A stretch of DNA of 64,000 bases from the IMG/VR virus record IMGVR_UViG_2834368228_000004, positions 96,001 through 160,000 of that record; one strand, written 5' to 3'. Position numbers and translations under genes: made by a program. How positions within the stretch are numbered: position 1 is the stretch's first letter; every line of letters starts with the position of its first letter. Of the stretch, positions 20,640-31,800 are shown piece by piece. Source of the stretch: a virus. Taxonomy: Duplodnaviria; Caudoviricetes. The notes under the pieces were generated by a model, which was not told where the DNA came from, searched no databases, and saw only the letters and a list, made by a program, of their open reading frames with translations.

Positions 20640-21651
20640 ATATACACCTTATGAATTTATTGAAAATCTCCCTTCATTATCTATCGGGAAACGAATAGTC
20701 ATTGTAGGGGAATCTCATGATGGACCATATTATGAACCAATAATAGTTCATAACATGAAGGTTGCAGAAGGTATTTATCAATATGGCCCTTTACTTGAAC
20801 GATATAGAGATGCATTGCAAGTAGATGATTCAATTGAAGTGATATTTCTACGCATTGAAGAAAATCGTTTTGATAAAGCTTATCAAGTCCTTCTGTCTTA
20901 TACCTTTGATCTAATCTACTTTGATAATTTCAATTTTGGGAAATCAGAAGAAGATATTCAAAAATATCTGGACTTTGCAGGTGAGAAGGAATATCAAGGT
21001 GAGTTGGTGCATGGTTTCTTCTCTATAGAGCCACATGATGACTTAGACAAGATCAATTCTATTATCAGCTCATTTACATTTGATAACTCCATTGATATTC
21101 AAGAAATGGGAAAATATATTAGCTTAGTTTTGAATCAGACATCTGGATATGTTGGTGCAATGATTTATGCAGCACTTGTGACTTCCCTTAATCCTGAAGT
21201 GTCTCCTGTTAACAAACAGCTTGATATTTACTTGCACACAGAATATACAAAGAATGAATTATTGCAATTCCAGAAACAAGGGATAGTAGCGTTTCGTAGC
21301 AGTATCTTAAATGGCAATGTGATTTCAAATGCTACATGTGCAGTACAAACACCAGGTAGTGTTCATAAAAGTATTTCAAACTTTAGAATTAGCCAACATC
21401 TTATAAATGAATTAAGTAATGTATTTCATAACGAAATTGGCGAAGTTCAAAACGAGATACAAATAAATAGGATACAAGCATTGATTGAAGAAAAACTACA
21501 AGATTTTATTGATTTAAATCGTATACGACAAGGTGATTACACTATTATTGCTAACAACATTCAAGGTGAGATCAATATCGAATTAGAATTTGTTCCTATT
21601 TTTACAACATCTACAATGACAGGACATACAAAGCTAAATATTTACCGCTAA
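20611..21651 (+). CDS. Short tail-sheath-like paralogue
   Basis: IVIVGESHDGP (compare ILILGTAIDGP in the sheath), SPVNK, and C-terminal INIELEFVPIF (compare ITLEIVPEF). Confidence 0.7.
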   Translation: MIIMPSPTIEYTPYEFIENLPSLSIGKRIVIVGESHDGPYYEPIIVHNMKVAEGIYQYGPLLERYRDALQVDDSIEVIFLRIEENRFDKAYQVLLSYTFDLIYFDNFNFGKSEEDIQKYLDFAGEKEYQGELVHGFFSIEPHDDLDKINSIISSFTFDNSIDIQEMGKYISLVLNQTSGYVGAMIYAALVTSLNPEVSPVNKQLDIYLHTEYTKNELLQFQKQGIVAFRSSILNGNVISNATCAVQTPGSVHKSISNFRISQHLINELSNVFHNEIGEVQNEIQINRIQALIEEKLQDFIDLNRIRQGDYTIIANNIQGEINIELEFVPIFTTSTMTGHTKLNIYR

Positions 21652-22265
21652 TGGAGGTGATGAATTTGAGTAATGATGCTTATCAAGATGACAGGATGAG
21701 ATCCGATAGAGGAGCTAATTTTCTTGATTTTATAGATGTTATAAAGAAGCTTTGGGAAGCTGCTGGAAGGAAAGGAAAAATCACTCGCAACTATACAAAA
21801 GAAGATGTAAGTGATTATCCAATTATAACGTATCACGTTGTAAATCGTGCTCCTCATCCTGCTTTTAAAGAAGTGAAACCAAGGCCTCGTCAAACATTAT
21901 ATCATCCAACTGACCCAAATAAATATGAAGAAATTCTTGGTCAGAAACAGCTTGTATGTATTTGTTTCACACTTATAGCTCAAAGCGATGATGTAGCAGA
22001 TGAGTTGATGTTTGACTTTGAAGATTTCTTATTTATGTATCGTTCACACTTTATGGGAAATGGTGTAAGTGAAATGCTTTTCAATGCGCAGGGAGAAGAT
22101 ACGACTGATAGTAGTCATGGCGTATCTCTTTCAAAAAGAAAAGTCTATTATGATGTAACATTTGATGTTAACCGAGTTAATTATCTAAATCAAATTGATC
22201 AACTGGCAGTAAAAGCCGGTATTCAAGATAAATTGAAAAAGAATAAGGAGGGCTACACATGGTAA
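21651..22265 (+). CDS. Putative tail terminator/completion protein
   Basis: YPIITY motif, size, and position directly before the sheath gene. Confidence 0.5.
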   Translation: MEVMNLSNDAYQDDRMRSDRGANFLDFIDVIKKLWEAAGRKGKITRNYTKEDVSDYPIITYHVVNRAPHPAFKEVKPRPRQTLYHPTDPNKYEEILGQKQLVCICFTLIAQSDDVADELMFDFEDFLFMYRSHFMGNGVSEMLFNAQGEDTTDSSHGVSLSKRKVYYDVTFDVNRVNYLNQIDQLAVKAGIQDKLKKNKEGYTW

Positions 22266-25105
22266 ACCCGTTAGATAGACATGAAAATCTGCCTGGTGTA
22301 AGAGTAGAATATGAAAATGGAAATCTTTACTCTGATCAGCAAAATATTAATGCAAATACCAAATCAATCTTGATTTTGGGAACTGCTATCGATGGTCCAG
22401 TAGGAGAACCAGTATCTGTACAAGCTATTGGAGGTCCAAAGGCAGCCGAAAGACTTTTCGGTGGAATGCTTCAAAAAAAGGAAGTAGAAACAGGACAACC
22501 TGATCCAAATACAGGAGCGCCAGTAACCCAAACTGTTAAAGTCCCACATGAAGGAACATTAATTCGTTCCATGTATGAAGTATTAGCTGCAGGAAATGAA
22601 GATGTTCGATTAATGCGTGTTAGTGGAAATCAGGCAAAAACAGAATTAGTTGTCCATGATATTGAGAAGGCATTAGAACAGACTCTAGGAGTTAGTGGCG
22701 GTAACGTTTCCTTCTCTAAGCGAATTGAGTTTGGAGACACAGGAAGACTATCAACTTCTCCAATTCAACATATCCGTGAAAAAAGAGAAGATGGAACGTT
22801 AGTAAAAGAATTTGCTGGAGCTGTTGCTATTCAAAATGCTGTTCTAAGTGTTGATGCTACATCTGGCCAAGAAACAGTATTCTTTAAGCCAAACGTATTC
22901 CGACCTGGAAACAAAATTGAAGTTCAATTTAACTTCAATAAGCGTACGTATTACGAAGTGTTGCGTTCTGATGAGGATGGACGATTAACACAAGATCCTT
23001 CTAAGCCTAACTATTTTGGAAGTGAACATAGCTTCTTCTCTGATGATGTGGCTTCTGGGCATACAATTAATGTCTATGTGAATGGAATTGGTATTCCTCA
23101 AATGAGTCCTAATGGTCAATGGTTATGGAGACCTGGTAAAGAAGATCCAAGCATTTCAAACCCGCTTACAGATGCCTATACAGCTTTAGAATATGAGCAA
23201 GGCGGCATTCGTTTTACAGAAGCGTATCAAGTGGAGGTTGCAAACGGAACTTACCCAGAGTTAAATAGCTCTGCTGAAGTCGTAGCAGATTACTTCTATT
23301 ACGATGAAGTTGCATTGCCAACAAATAATGAATATGTCGTTCCAGGTGAAGATGCTACGTATACATTAGACTATCTTCCTAAACAAGAAGGTTTTAGTGT
23401 TTTTTATGAAATAGCCGGACAAAAATATGAGCTAACACCTAGATCCACAGAAAACCCAAATGGAGATTTCTCAATGATTTTTCCAGGAGAAGGTTCATCT
23501 GTCAATACAAGAGTTGTAATTAAAGCTGGTTCCGTGCCTGTAGGAGTTACATTGAAAGCTTCCTACGCAACAAATCAAACAACTTCAGTTAATCCTAAAA
23601 TCATTGTTGAGGCAGCTTATGCAGGAGAAGATTATGCAAAAGTGAAGGACATTTCTAACCCAGATAGTATTGAAGGTATTGCAATTGATATTCGTCACGA
23701 CATTACTGCAGAAGACCCTTCTGGTAAAGAGAAGATTATTCATTTCATTAAGCCAGTTAATAAACGTCAATCTGTTCGAGATGAATTTATTGAATATCGA
23801 ACAAGGGACTTGAAAGGCATTACAAATATAGGAGAGTTTGCAAACTTTGTTAATAATGACTCTCGAAATAACATTGTACGTTTAGTAGTTCCTGAAGGAA
23901 GCACAGTACCAATGCAAGGCATTGCAGCGACAAATGGCTTGGTGTATCTTGGTCAGAAATATAATGATGCATTAGGTGAATATGAAACATTTGTAGATTT
24001 AGATAAAAAAGTAGATGATCCAAAGCGTTATCCTTGGGTTGGTTCTAACGGTTTCTTTGATCGAAATAGCTTGACTAGCATGATGGAATTATATGAAGTG
24101 CTAGGTGGAGTTTTTGAACCAAATCCAACTGCTTATGATGAATACCGCTTAGTGAAGCAAGGTGTCTATAACAAGATTGAGAACTATCCAGTTGACTCTA
24201 TTGTAATGGCTGAAGCTTATATCAATACACCAATTGGAAGAGAGACATATGGAACAAATGGTCAAATCGTTGTTGTTGAGGACAAATTTAAAAACTTTGC
24301 TACTCAATTAGCACAGCATTGTGCAGTAGCAACTGCAAAAGTGAGAGAAACTATTGGATTTATTGGTGTAGAACCAGTTCGTAATGCTAGTTTACTAAGT
24401 ATTCAAGAGTATATCGAAGAGCTTGCATCCTCCAAAGTGAATGATCACTACTTGTATAACGATAGTACACACGAACACATCTTAAATGATGAGGGAGATC
24501 TTATCGATATTGGTCATTATATCAACGTCGTATTTGGGCCAGAAGTTGGATTAGTGAACGATAAGCTTGGAAACTACATTACAAACGGTGTAAGCATCTA
24601 TGCAGGGTTAAACTCTGTATTGCCAGCTGAAGTTGCTACAACCAATAAAGAGATTTCCGTTCATGGTTTACGTTATCACTTGTCTGAATCACAGCACAAT
24701 TTATTAGCTGGTGCTAGATTCGTTACATTTGATGAGCGAATTGCTACTAATGGCACAAGACAAATCAAAGTGAAAGACGGCGTGACTGCTGGTCAGCCAA
24801 ACTCTGATTATACTCGATTGTCTACCGTGAATATTACACATTTTACATCTCAAATTGTTCGATCTGTTGCAGAGCCGTTCATTGGAATGCCAAATGGTCT
24901 GGCTCAACAGAATTCAATGTCTACTGAAATTCAAGCTGGTTTAGATCGACTTAAAGAGAATGGTGTATTGCAAGACTTTAAGTTTACGATTTTCACTAGT
25001 CCAAATGAAAAAGTTCTAGGCAATGCCTTCATAACTTTAGAGATTGTTCCTGAATTTGAAACTAGACGCATTCACACAAGTGTGGCACTTCGTACAAGCC
25101 TTTAA
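22259..25105 (+). CDS. Contractile tail sheath protein with large insertions
   Basis: LPGVRVE, ILGTAIDGP at the N-terminus; SDYTRLST...EPFIG...ITLEIVPEFETRRI sheath C-terminus. Confidence 0.9.
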   Translation: MVNPLDRHENLPGVRVEYENGNLYSDQQNINANTKSILILGTAIDGPVGEPVSVQAIGGPKAAERLFGGMLQKKEVETGQPDPNTGAPVTQTVKVPHEGTLIRSMYEVLAAGNEDVRLMRVSGNQAKTELVVHDIEKALEQTLGVSGGNVSFSKRIEFGDTGRLSTSPIQHIREKREDGTLVKEFAGAVAIQNAVLSVDATSGQETVFFKPNVFRPGNKIEVQFNFNKRTYYEVLRSDEDGRLTQDPSKPNYFGSEHSFFSDDVASGHTINVYVNGIGIPQMSPNGQWLWRPGKEDPSISNPLTDAYTALEYEQGGIRFTEAYQVEVANGTYPELNSSAEVVADYFYYDEVALPTNNEYVVPGEDATYTLDYLPKQEGFSVFYEIAGQKYELTPRSTENPNGDFSMIFPGEGSSVNTRVVIKAGSVPVGVTLKASYATNQTTSVNPKIIVEAAYAGEDYAKVKDISNPDSIEGIAIDIRHDITAEDPSGKEKIIHFIKPVNKRQSVRDEFIEYRTRDLKGITNIGEFANFVNNDSRNNIVRLVVPEGSTVPMQGIAATNGLVYLGQKYNDALGEYETFVDLDKKVDDPKRYPWVGSNGFFDRNSLTSMMELYEVLGGVFEPNPTAYDEYRLVKQGVYNKIENYPVDSIVMAEAYINTPIGRETYGTNGQIVVVEDKFKNFATQLAQHCAVATAKVRETIGFIGVEPVRNASLLSIQEYIEELASSKVNDHYLYNDSTHEHILNDEGDLIDIGHYINVVFGPEVGLVNDKLGNYITNGVSIYAGLNSVLPAEVATTNKEISVHGLRYHLSESQHNLLAGARFVTFDERIATNGTRQIKVKDGVTAGQPNSDYTRLSTVNITHFTSQIVRSVAEPFIGMPNGLAQQNSMSTEIQAGLDRLKENGVLQDFKFTIFTSPNEKVLGNAFITLEIVPEFETRRIHTSVALRTSL

Positions 25106-25109
25106 TAGT

Positions 25110-25131
25110 TAGGAGGGGATCTCCCCTCCTA
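25110..25131. other. GC-rich hairpin without a U-tract between sheath and tube genes
   Basis: TAGGAGGGGA-tc-TCCCCTCCTA. Confidence 0.7.
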
Positions 25132-25164
25132 CAAAATATAGAAATAATTAAGGAGTGAATAGAA

Positions 25165-25884
25165 TTGAATATGACAACTGAAGAATACTCTCGTACATTT
25201 TCTTCCTATTCAGGAGCAGATATTGTCGCATCTTTTAATGGTCGAGTAATTGGTGAGTTGCAGGCTTTAAGTTATTCTGTAAGTCGTGAGGTCGCACCAA
25301 TTTACACAATGGGTTCAGCAGACGCAAGATCTTATTCTCGTGGGAAGCGTGGAATTAGTGGCTCATTAGTGTTTGTAACATTTGATCGTGATGCACTGAT
25401 GGAGGAAATGAAAAAAGATTATTCTGGAAAAGCACCTGCAATGATGCAATATCAAACATTCCAAGCAAATGCAGGATCTCTAGAAAATCAGATTTTAAGT
25501 GGATTAAGGTCCAGAGCAGCTGATGGTCAAAGCACATATGGGATATCTACTTGGGATGACCAAATGACAAACCTTGGATATGGACCATCTGGTGATTTCA
25601 ATCCAGATAATTTAACTGGATTCTATGACCCAGAATACGCTGACCAATTAATGCCTTTCAACATTACGGTAACCATGGCAAACGAATTTGGTAATCGATC
25701 TGGAATGGAAATTTACGGCATCCAATTACTAAATGAAGGCTCTGGATTCTCTATCGATGATGTAGTAACTGCTAAAGCATATTCTTTTGTGGCACGTAAA
25801 ATCAAAGGAATTCAGAAGAAAGATAGTTTACGTCAAGAAGGACGTGCTAGCGCTAGGCCAGTATCAGGTGACTTGCTAAGATAA
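25165..25884 (+). CDS. Major tail tube protein
   Basis: Follows the sheath gene; SYSGADI...GELQALSYSVSRE...RGKRGISGSL; followed by a terminator. Confidence 0.75.
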   Translation: MNMTTEEYSRTFSSYSGADIVASFNGRVIGELQALSYSVSREVAPIYTMGSADARSYSRGKRGISGSLVFVTFDRDALMEEMKKDYSGKAPAMMQYQTFQANAGSLENQILSGLRSRAADGQSTYGISTWDDQMTNLGYGPSGDFNPDNLTGFYDPEYADQLMPFNITVTMANEFGNRSGMEIYGIQLLNEGSGFSIDDVVTAKAYSFVARKIKGIQKKDSLRQEGRASARPVSGDLLR

Positions 25885-25894
25885 TCAAAAAATG

Positions 25895-25932
25895 AAAAGA
25901 GACAGCCTACTTGGTAAGCTGTCTCTTTTTTT
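25895..25932 (+). terminator. Rho-independent terminator after the tail tube gene
   Basis: AAAAGAGACAGC-loop-GCTGTCTC-TTTTTTT. Confidence 0.88.
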
Positions 25933-25946
25933 AAAGGAGTGATTAA

Positions 25947-26837
25947 ATGAGACTAGTTATAGAAGCCCTTTTAATGATGATTCGAAACAGTGACTATGAA
26001 CTATATGTAAAGCAAGGAACTGTTCGCTTAAATTTAGAAAAGAATGTCATGAAAGCTTTAACAGATATGGATGAAAGAGGGTGGCAGTGGGCGATATCTA
26101 ATATTATTGAAATCATAAAAAGCATGGTTGGTTTAGAAAATACTTACTACGCATTACAAAGATCATTAGCGGAATACAGTACTGAATTAAGCGAAGAACA
26201 GTCTGCTTGGCTCACTCAGCAAGTAAATCAAATCAGAAGCGATTTAAGAGATAGAGGTGTAAACACAGATAGACCTAGAAGCGCAGCAAGAAATGCTGTT
26301 AATGGCTCAGATATTCGTGTCGCAAATAAAACTATCCCTAATAAAATTAATGAAAAGCTATATAAACCAGAAACTAATAACAGTTATGCAGGGTCAGATA
26401 TCGTAGCATCTATTAATATCCCAGGAAAAGGACCAGTCATTTTTGGAGAATTGACGAATGTGTCCTACTCCATTTTCAGAGAAAAGGTTCCAGTTCGATC
26501 TTTAGGTTCTGTAACAATGAGAGGTTATACAAGAGGGATGAGAACAGTTTCTGGAATTCTAAGTTTTACAGTATTTGACGAGAGTGTTGTGTATCAATGC
26601 CTAGAAGACTTAAAGAAATTAGGTTATCGCCCTCTAATGGATGAAATGCCTCTTTTTGATGTAACAATTACAATGGCTAATGAATTTGGTAGTCGGTCTA
26701 ATCTAACAATCTATGGTGTTACAACTTTTACAGAAGGAATGGTATTAAGTGTTGACGATTTGATGACTCAAAATGTATATGAATTTTATGCAATCGATGT
26801 AGATCCAATAGCAAAGCTGGAAAGCAAGGAGAGATAG
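25947..26837 (+). CDS. Tail tube paralogue with a helical N-terminal extension
   Basis: SYAGSDIVAS...GELTNVSYS...RGMRTVSG...ITMANEFG aligns by eye with 25165..25884. Confidence 0.75.
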   Translation: MRLVIEALLMMIRNSDYELYVKQGTVRLNLEKNVMKALTDMDERGWQWAISNIIEIIKSMVGLENTYYALQRSLAEYSTELSEEQSAWLTQQVNQIRSDLRDRGVNTDRPRSAARNAVNGSDIRVANKTIPNKINEKLYKPETNNSYAGSDIVASINIPGKGPVIFGELTNVSYSIFREKVPVRSLGSVTMRGYTRGMRTVSGILSFTVFDESVVYQCLEDLKKLGYRPLMDEMPLFDVTITMANEFGSRSNLTIYGVTTFTEGMVLSVDDLMTQNVYEFYAIDVDPIAKLESKER

Positions 26838-26838
26838 T

Positions 26839-27600
26839 ATGAATAGACAAATGAGAGGTTTTGCTCCGCAGCGAGACTTATATAACCGTAGGGATACACG
26901 TGTTGAATACCAGTTATTTAGCCAAGAATATTTTTCGGGAGCAGACATGCACATATATTTTGGTGATATATGGGTGGATGAAATCACAGACTTATCATTT
27001 CAAATGCAAGAAGAAGTGCTACCTATCTATGGTTATAATTCCTACACCTTCGATGAGTTGGCGAGAGGGAGAAGAATGATATCTGGAATGTTTACAATGA
27101 ACTTTACATCTGTCGGTTATCTTCAAAAAATATTAGATCACGCAGACGCCATTAATCATGTGGTAGGTGCAGCTGCTGGTGCTAATCCAATTAATATTAA
27201 AAACTATGATAAGTATCGATTGGATGAGATTCTTGCACTTTATGGCAAAGATAGTTTTGAGCAAATTGCAAATGAATATGAAGAGGCCATTTGGGGTAAG
27301 TCTGAAATGAGTGAGTCTAATGCACTTAGCCTACCCAATCAACCATATTTTCAACGAAACAATAAAGATGGCTTTGACATTAGAATACATTATGGTCCTG
27401 TAGAAGAAACATATAGAAATAATAGTGTCTATCGAGTAGATTCTCAACGTATGAAGCCAAACTTAACTGTTGAAAGTTTAAATGGGGTTCAAATAACAGG
27501 ATTACAAAAAAGCGCAGGAACATCTGGACAGGGAGCACCTGTTCAAGAGACTTATACATTTATAGCGCAGGATCTAAATAGGACTTCCATTAAAGGTTAA
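26839..27600 (+). CDS. Tail tube paralogue (possible tube initiator)
   Basis: YFSGADM...PIYGY...RGRRMISG...YTFIAQD. Confidence 0.7.
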   Translation: MNRQMRGFAPQRDLYNRRDTRVEYQLFSQEYFSGADMHIYFGDIWVDEITDLSFQMQEEVLPIYGYNSYTFDELARGRRMISGMFTMNFTSVGYLQKILDHADAINHVVGAAAGANPINIKNYDKYRLDEILALYGKDSFEQIANEYEEAIWGKSEMSESNALSLPNQPYFQRNNKDGFDIRIHYGPVEETYRNNSVYRVDSQRMKPNLTVESLNGVQITGLQKSAGTSGQGAPVQETYTFIAQDLNRTSIKG

Positions 27601-27607
27601 AAACATC

Positions 27608-27634
27608 TATAATATTAATATGAAATGCATTACA
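27608..27634 (+). promoter_or_regulatory. TATAAT plus palindromic box TGAAATGCATTACA upstream of the chaperone and giant-ORF cluster
   Basis: TATAAT at 27608-27613, box at 27621-27634. Confidence 0.7.
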
Positions 27635-27651
27635 TTCAAAGGAGAATTGAA

Positions 27652-28089
27652 ATGGAAGAAAATAATAATCAAGAAGTAGCCGTTGTAGAAGAAGCTGTAA
27701 AAGAGGAGGATGTAAAAACTGTCCTCACAGAACGTGGAGAAAAGTTTACAGAAGAAGAGTGGAAATCGCCAGTATTTAAAAATGGCCCAACTAGGGAACA
27801 AGTTGAAGCCTGGAAGGATAAATATGAAGATATATATTTCACACCATTTGATGGTGAAACATATATCTGGAGAACATTATATAGAGAAGAATACAGAGAA
27901 GTTGTTTCAAAAGCAGATATGACAGTATTTGATAAAGAGGAAACATTTACAGATCTTTGTGTATTATTTCCTTTAAATTATAGTAGTATCAGTGCTCGAC
28001 AAAAGAAAGCAGGTATTCCAACTACGTTGTTTTCAATGATTATGGATAAGTCTGGATTTGTCGCACAAACAGCTCCAATTAAGTTGTAA
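27652..28089 (+). CDS. Tail assembly chaperone-like protein
   Basis: AAAGGAG RBS before ATG 27652; acidic; WRTLYREEY...LCVLFP; position between tube genes and tape-measure-sized genes. Confidence 0.6.
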   Translation: MEENNNQEVAVVEEAVKEEDVKTVLTERGEKFTEEEWKSPVFKNGPTREQVEAWKDKYEDIYFTPFDGETYIWRTLYREEYREVVSKADMTVFDKEETFTDLCVLFPLNYSSISARQKKAGIPTTLFSMIMDKSGFVAQTAPIKL

Positions 28090-28104
28090 TTAGCAGGTGA
28101 TAAT

Positions 28105-28821
28105 ATGGCTCTTCCTTTAAAAGAAATAGAAGAATTTAAAACTAAATATGAAGACATATATGAAATTACTATTGGCGATAAAGAAGGAGAATTTTCATAT
28201 ACATTCATTTATCGATTGATTGGAAAGAAAGAGTATAACGACATTATGGATGATGAAGTGGATATTCTACAAAGCCAGGAAAGAGTATGTAATCTCTGCA
28301 TACTTTATCCTGAATATGATTTTACAGAGGGGTTAGCAGGAATTGCAGAAGTTTTATCTAATCATATCATTCATTCATCCTCTTTAATGCAAGGTCAGCA
28401 AGTAGAATTGCTAAGTAACTATCGTGAAGAGATGATGATTTTTGATTATCAAATTGACTGTATTATTCATGAAGCGTTTCCTGAATATCCTATTGAAGAA
28501 ATAGGTAACTGGACTATTGATAAAACGATGTATTATCTGTCACGAGCAGAATATATCTTAAAAGAACTTAGAGGTGTTCCGCTTCAATATATACCTCAAG
28601 AAGAAGCAATTCCTCAAGAGCAGCAATATCAGAACACCTTTCATGCTAATAAAAATGATGTATCTCCATCTCAAATGGAAGATGAAGGTCTAAAATTGAT
28701 TATGGAAAATGAAACGAAAAAAGGAAAACAAATCAACACTGAATTAAGTAATGTTAATGACATGATGCCAGAGTTGTCCTGGTTTGCATCAGAAGAAAAT
28801 CTAAAAGGTGAGTTTGATTAA
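28105..28821 (+). CDS. Second tail assembly chaperone-like protein (paralogue with an extra C-terminal part)
   Basis: YRLIGKKEY...LCILYP matches the preceding gene. Confidence 0.6.
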   Translation: MALPLKEIEEFKTKYEDIYEITIGDKEGEFSYTFIYRLIGKKEYNDIMDDEVDILQSQERVCNLCILYPEYDFTEGLAGIAEVLSNHIIHSSSLMQGQQVELLSNYREEMMIFDYQIDCIIHEAFPEYPIEEIGNWTIDKTMYYLSRAEYILKELRGVPLQYIPQEEAIPQEQQYQNTFHANKNDVSPSQMEDEGLKLIMENETKKGKQINTELSNVNDMMPELSWFASEENLKGEFD

Positions 28822-28824
28822 TAG

Positions 28825-31800
28825 GTGGGTGTTTCTGTGGAAGAAGTAAGAGTTGAAGATTATCAGAATAGAGAACATGACTATCGACGTTTTCTTGCTT
28901 CAGAAGCAGAACGTAATGAAATGCCATTTTATCAAAAATTAGGCCTTGGAGTTGCGGCTGCAGCTGGAGCATTAGCGGTAGGATATAGAACAGGTGCTAT
29001 GCGCCATATGGCAAGATATCTTGATGATGTTGTTGCACCAACCAGGCAGGCAGTACGTGAAGTCTCTTCAGAGGAATCACCAATACTGAAAAACTTAAGC
29101 TTGGATGGTTTAAGAGATCGTGGATTGAAGATACAAGACAGACGAAATGAATTAATGCAATTGCGTCAAGAACAATCAAACTTATTAGATCGTAGAGAGT
29201 TTGATATGGTTCGTTACCTTCGTCAACGAGATACGCTAATCAATAAGGACGTTCCTGAATATATCTCTGAAGGACTTCGTTTTCAGTCTGTGATGCGTGA
29301 TATTAGAAACTCACCTTCTATAAAAAGGGAAACTGCTAATCAGATTGAGAAAGGATTGGCATCAGGGTATACCGGCATCTTAAAACGTGGAAGTGCTTCC
29401 GATATCAATCACCTATTAAGACAGTCAGGTGTTCAAGATAAAGATGTTCTTGATGTTGTGCATGACGCTAGAAAGAATAACCGGGATCAAGACTTTTCTA
29501 GAAGATCTGAAGAAGGAAGAGCTTGGATTGAAAACGTTCAAGAAAAATTAAGGCAGTCAACAGCTCAAGACATTGAATCTATCACAAAGCAAAATAATCC
29601 AATTAAGCAGTCTCTTTTAGGTAAGAGTCAACGTCAAGCTACCATTCAAGACGTATTAGAGCTACATAAATCAAAACAAATTGTTTTAAATGAAGATGTA
29701 CTTGGTCAGATTAAAGATGTAACCAAACACAATAAAGGGTTTCAGGATGCAATTTTTGATAACAATCTATATGTCACATTGAAAGATGGAAAAGTATCAG
29801 GCTATGCTGATTATAAGGCATTTGATAATGTCGGAAGAAACACTATGGAGTGGTGGTCACATACGATGCCTGGTGGATTAATGCATTTTCGTGACATGAT
29901 TAATATGCGAACAGCTAGAGAGCAGTCAAGCTTCCGTATTTTTAAAAGAGGTAGTATTCAACCTATGTTGAATGCTCACATGAATATTAATCCAGGTGAA
30001 GCTCTGACAGAAGATGTAGTCTTTTCTGGTGGAAGATTCATGCGATTATTTGATGATAACGCAATTAATAGTAATCAACCGCTTGAAGTGTTAAATCCAA
30101 ATAGAGAGATGTATCTTACTTCTTCTCGATATGGTACTGTTTCCACAATCACTCGACAAGCAAGTGGTGTTATGACAGATGGTACCCGCAGTGTTATGGG
30201 AGTCGATGTAACGAATAATAGACTTTTTAAATCCTTGGATATAGGTGGTCAAGAGAAAGACCCAATTGCATCAGAAGGTTTTAGTGTTTTTAGTAAGTTC
30301 TTTGACCCGGAATGGGACAGAAATCGTATTAATAAGGCTTTATCTAAAGGTATTGATTCACCTGAAGAGTATCATTTCTTACAGAGATTTTTAGATGAAA
30401 ATACGATTGGACTATCACCTAGAGTATTAAATCAAATAGAATCACATTTACCACAGTCATTACAGACTGAAATTAAAGATATGGGAATTCATTTTGGACG
30501 AGACGAAGATATGCTTAAGCTATTTAAGCATCTTGGTGAAGGGAATTATCGGACAAGTTTTGAATTCAATCAATTGTATAGAAACTTTGATCGAAACCCG
30601 GAAGAAGTCTTAAATAGAACAATGCCCAGAGGAAGAACAAGTGTCATCTTAGGCGGCAGCATAGAAGTTAAAACAGGAATGGATCAAATCAATCAAGAGA
30701 TTGGTAAAGAATTGGTTCGCCAAATAGCACAGCATGAATCGATTACTTCAGGTGTCCCTGTTCGAGAAGCACAGCATACTTTACGTAACATATTGAAAGA
30801 CAAAAGTAGTGAAGGACTTTTAACAAAACCTGAATTTCAAAACGCTGAAAGATTAATAAATCAACAAATGTTTGAGCAAGCTGGAAAGAGTTTAAGAGGA
30901 AACTATGAGCACCTCATTAGTGAAACCAACCAATTATTGTTAGGCAAAGATAATATCAATCAAACATTCCAACAAGGACTAGATACTTTATCTAAACAAG
31001 TAAATCCATTGCTTCATAAAAGCACAAATGCAAACCATGTCAATCAAATTGCAGATGAATACGTAGCAGTTAATAAGTCAAATGTTTGGGATAACTTAAA
31101 AAGTATTGATGGAATTAGAGATTTAGGTAGACAATTAAGTTTACGTACTGGTTCTCGAAATATGGAAGACATGACTACATTATCTATCTTTGGATCTTAT
31201 TATCCAGCATATCGTTTACAAGAAGCTTTAGGCAGTCTTGGACTAGGTTTATCTGGAGCTTCTATGGGAAGTCCGTTGCAAATATGGAGCTCCTTGCTTT
31301 TAAAGCGTGGACTTCCGATTGTCGCAGGTGTTGAAGGTTATCAGTACGCTGACTATTTGATGGATGAATATACAGGAGCAGGATTTTCGGAAAGATGGGA
31401 AAACTATAAAGCTCATCAGCGGTTAGCTGATGCTGGTGCTAGGGAAGAATTCGATTCAATAGCTGACTTAGAAAGACAACGTATGCTGCGTCCTGGAATT
31501 GAACATTTTGAAGCAATGCCATCTATTCATTTACCTGGATTTGGTGAAGTAGGTCCTGGTGTTCTTCTTAATCAAATGATGGGAGCTGTAACTGGAATAT
31601 CTTCTCCATTATCTGATAAAGATACAATGACAGTAGAAGAGACATACGATGATATCCTCCATGGTACAGATGAGATTCGTAAAGGTCGATGGTGGGCAAT
31701 CGGGTCACGGACTGCTTATCGTGGAGACCGTATCATTGAATTTGCTCCTAATAGTTATAGGCAAGCCCACAGTGATTGGGAGTATACCAATGTTATTGGA

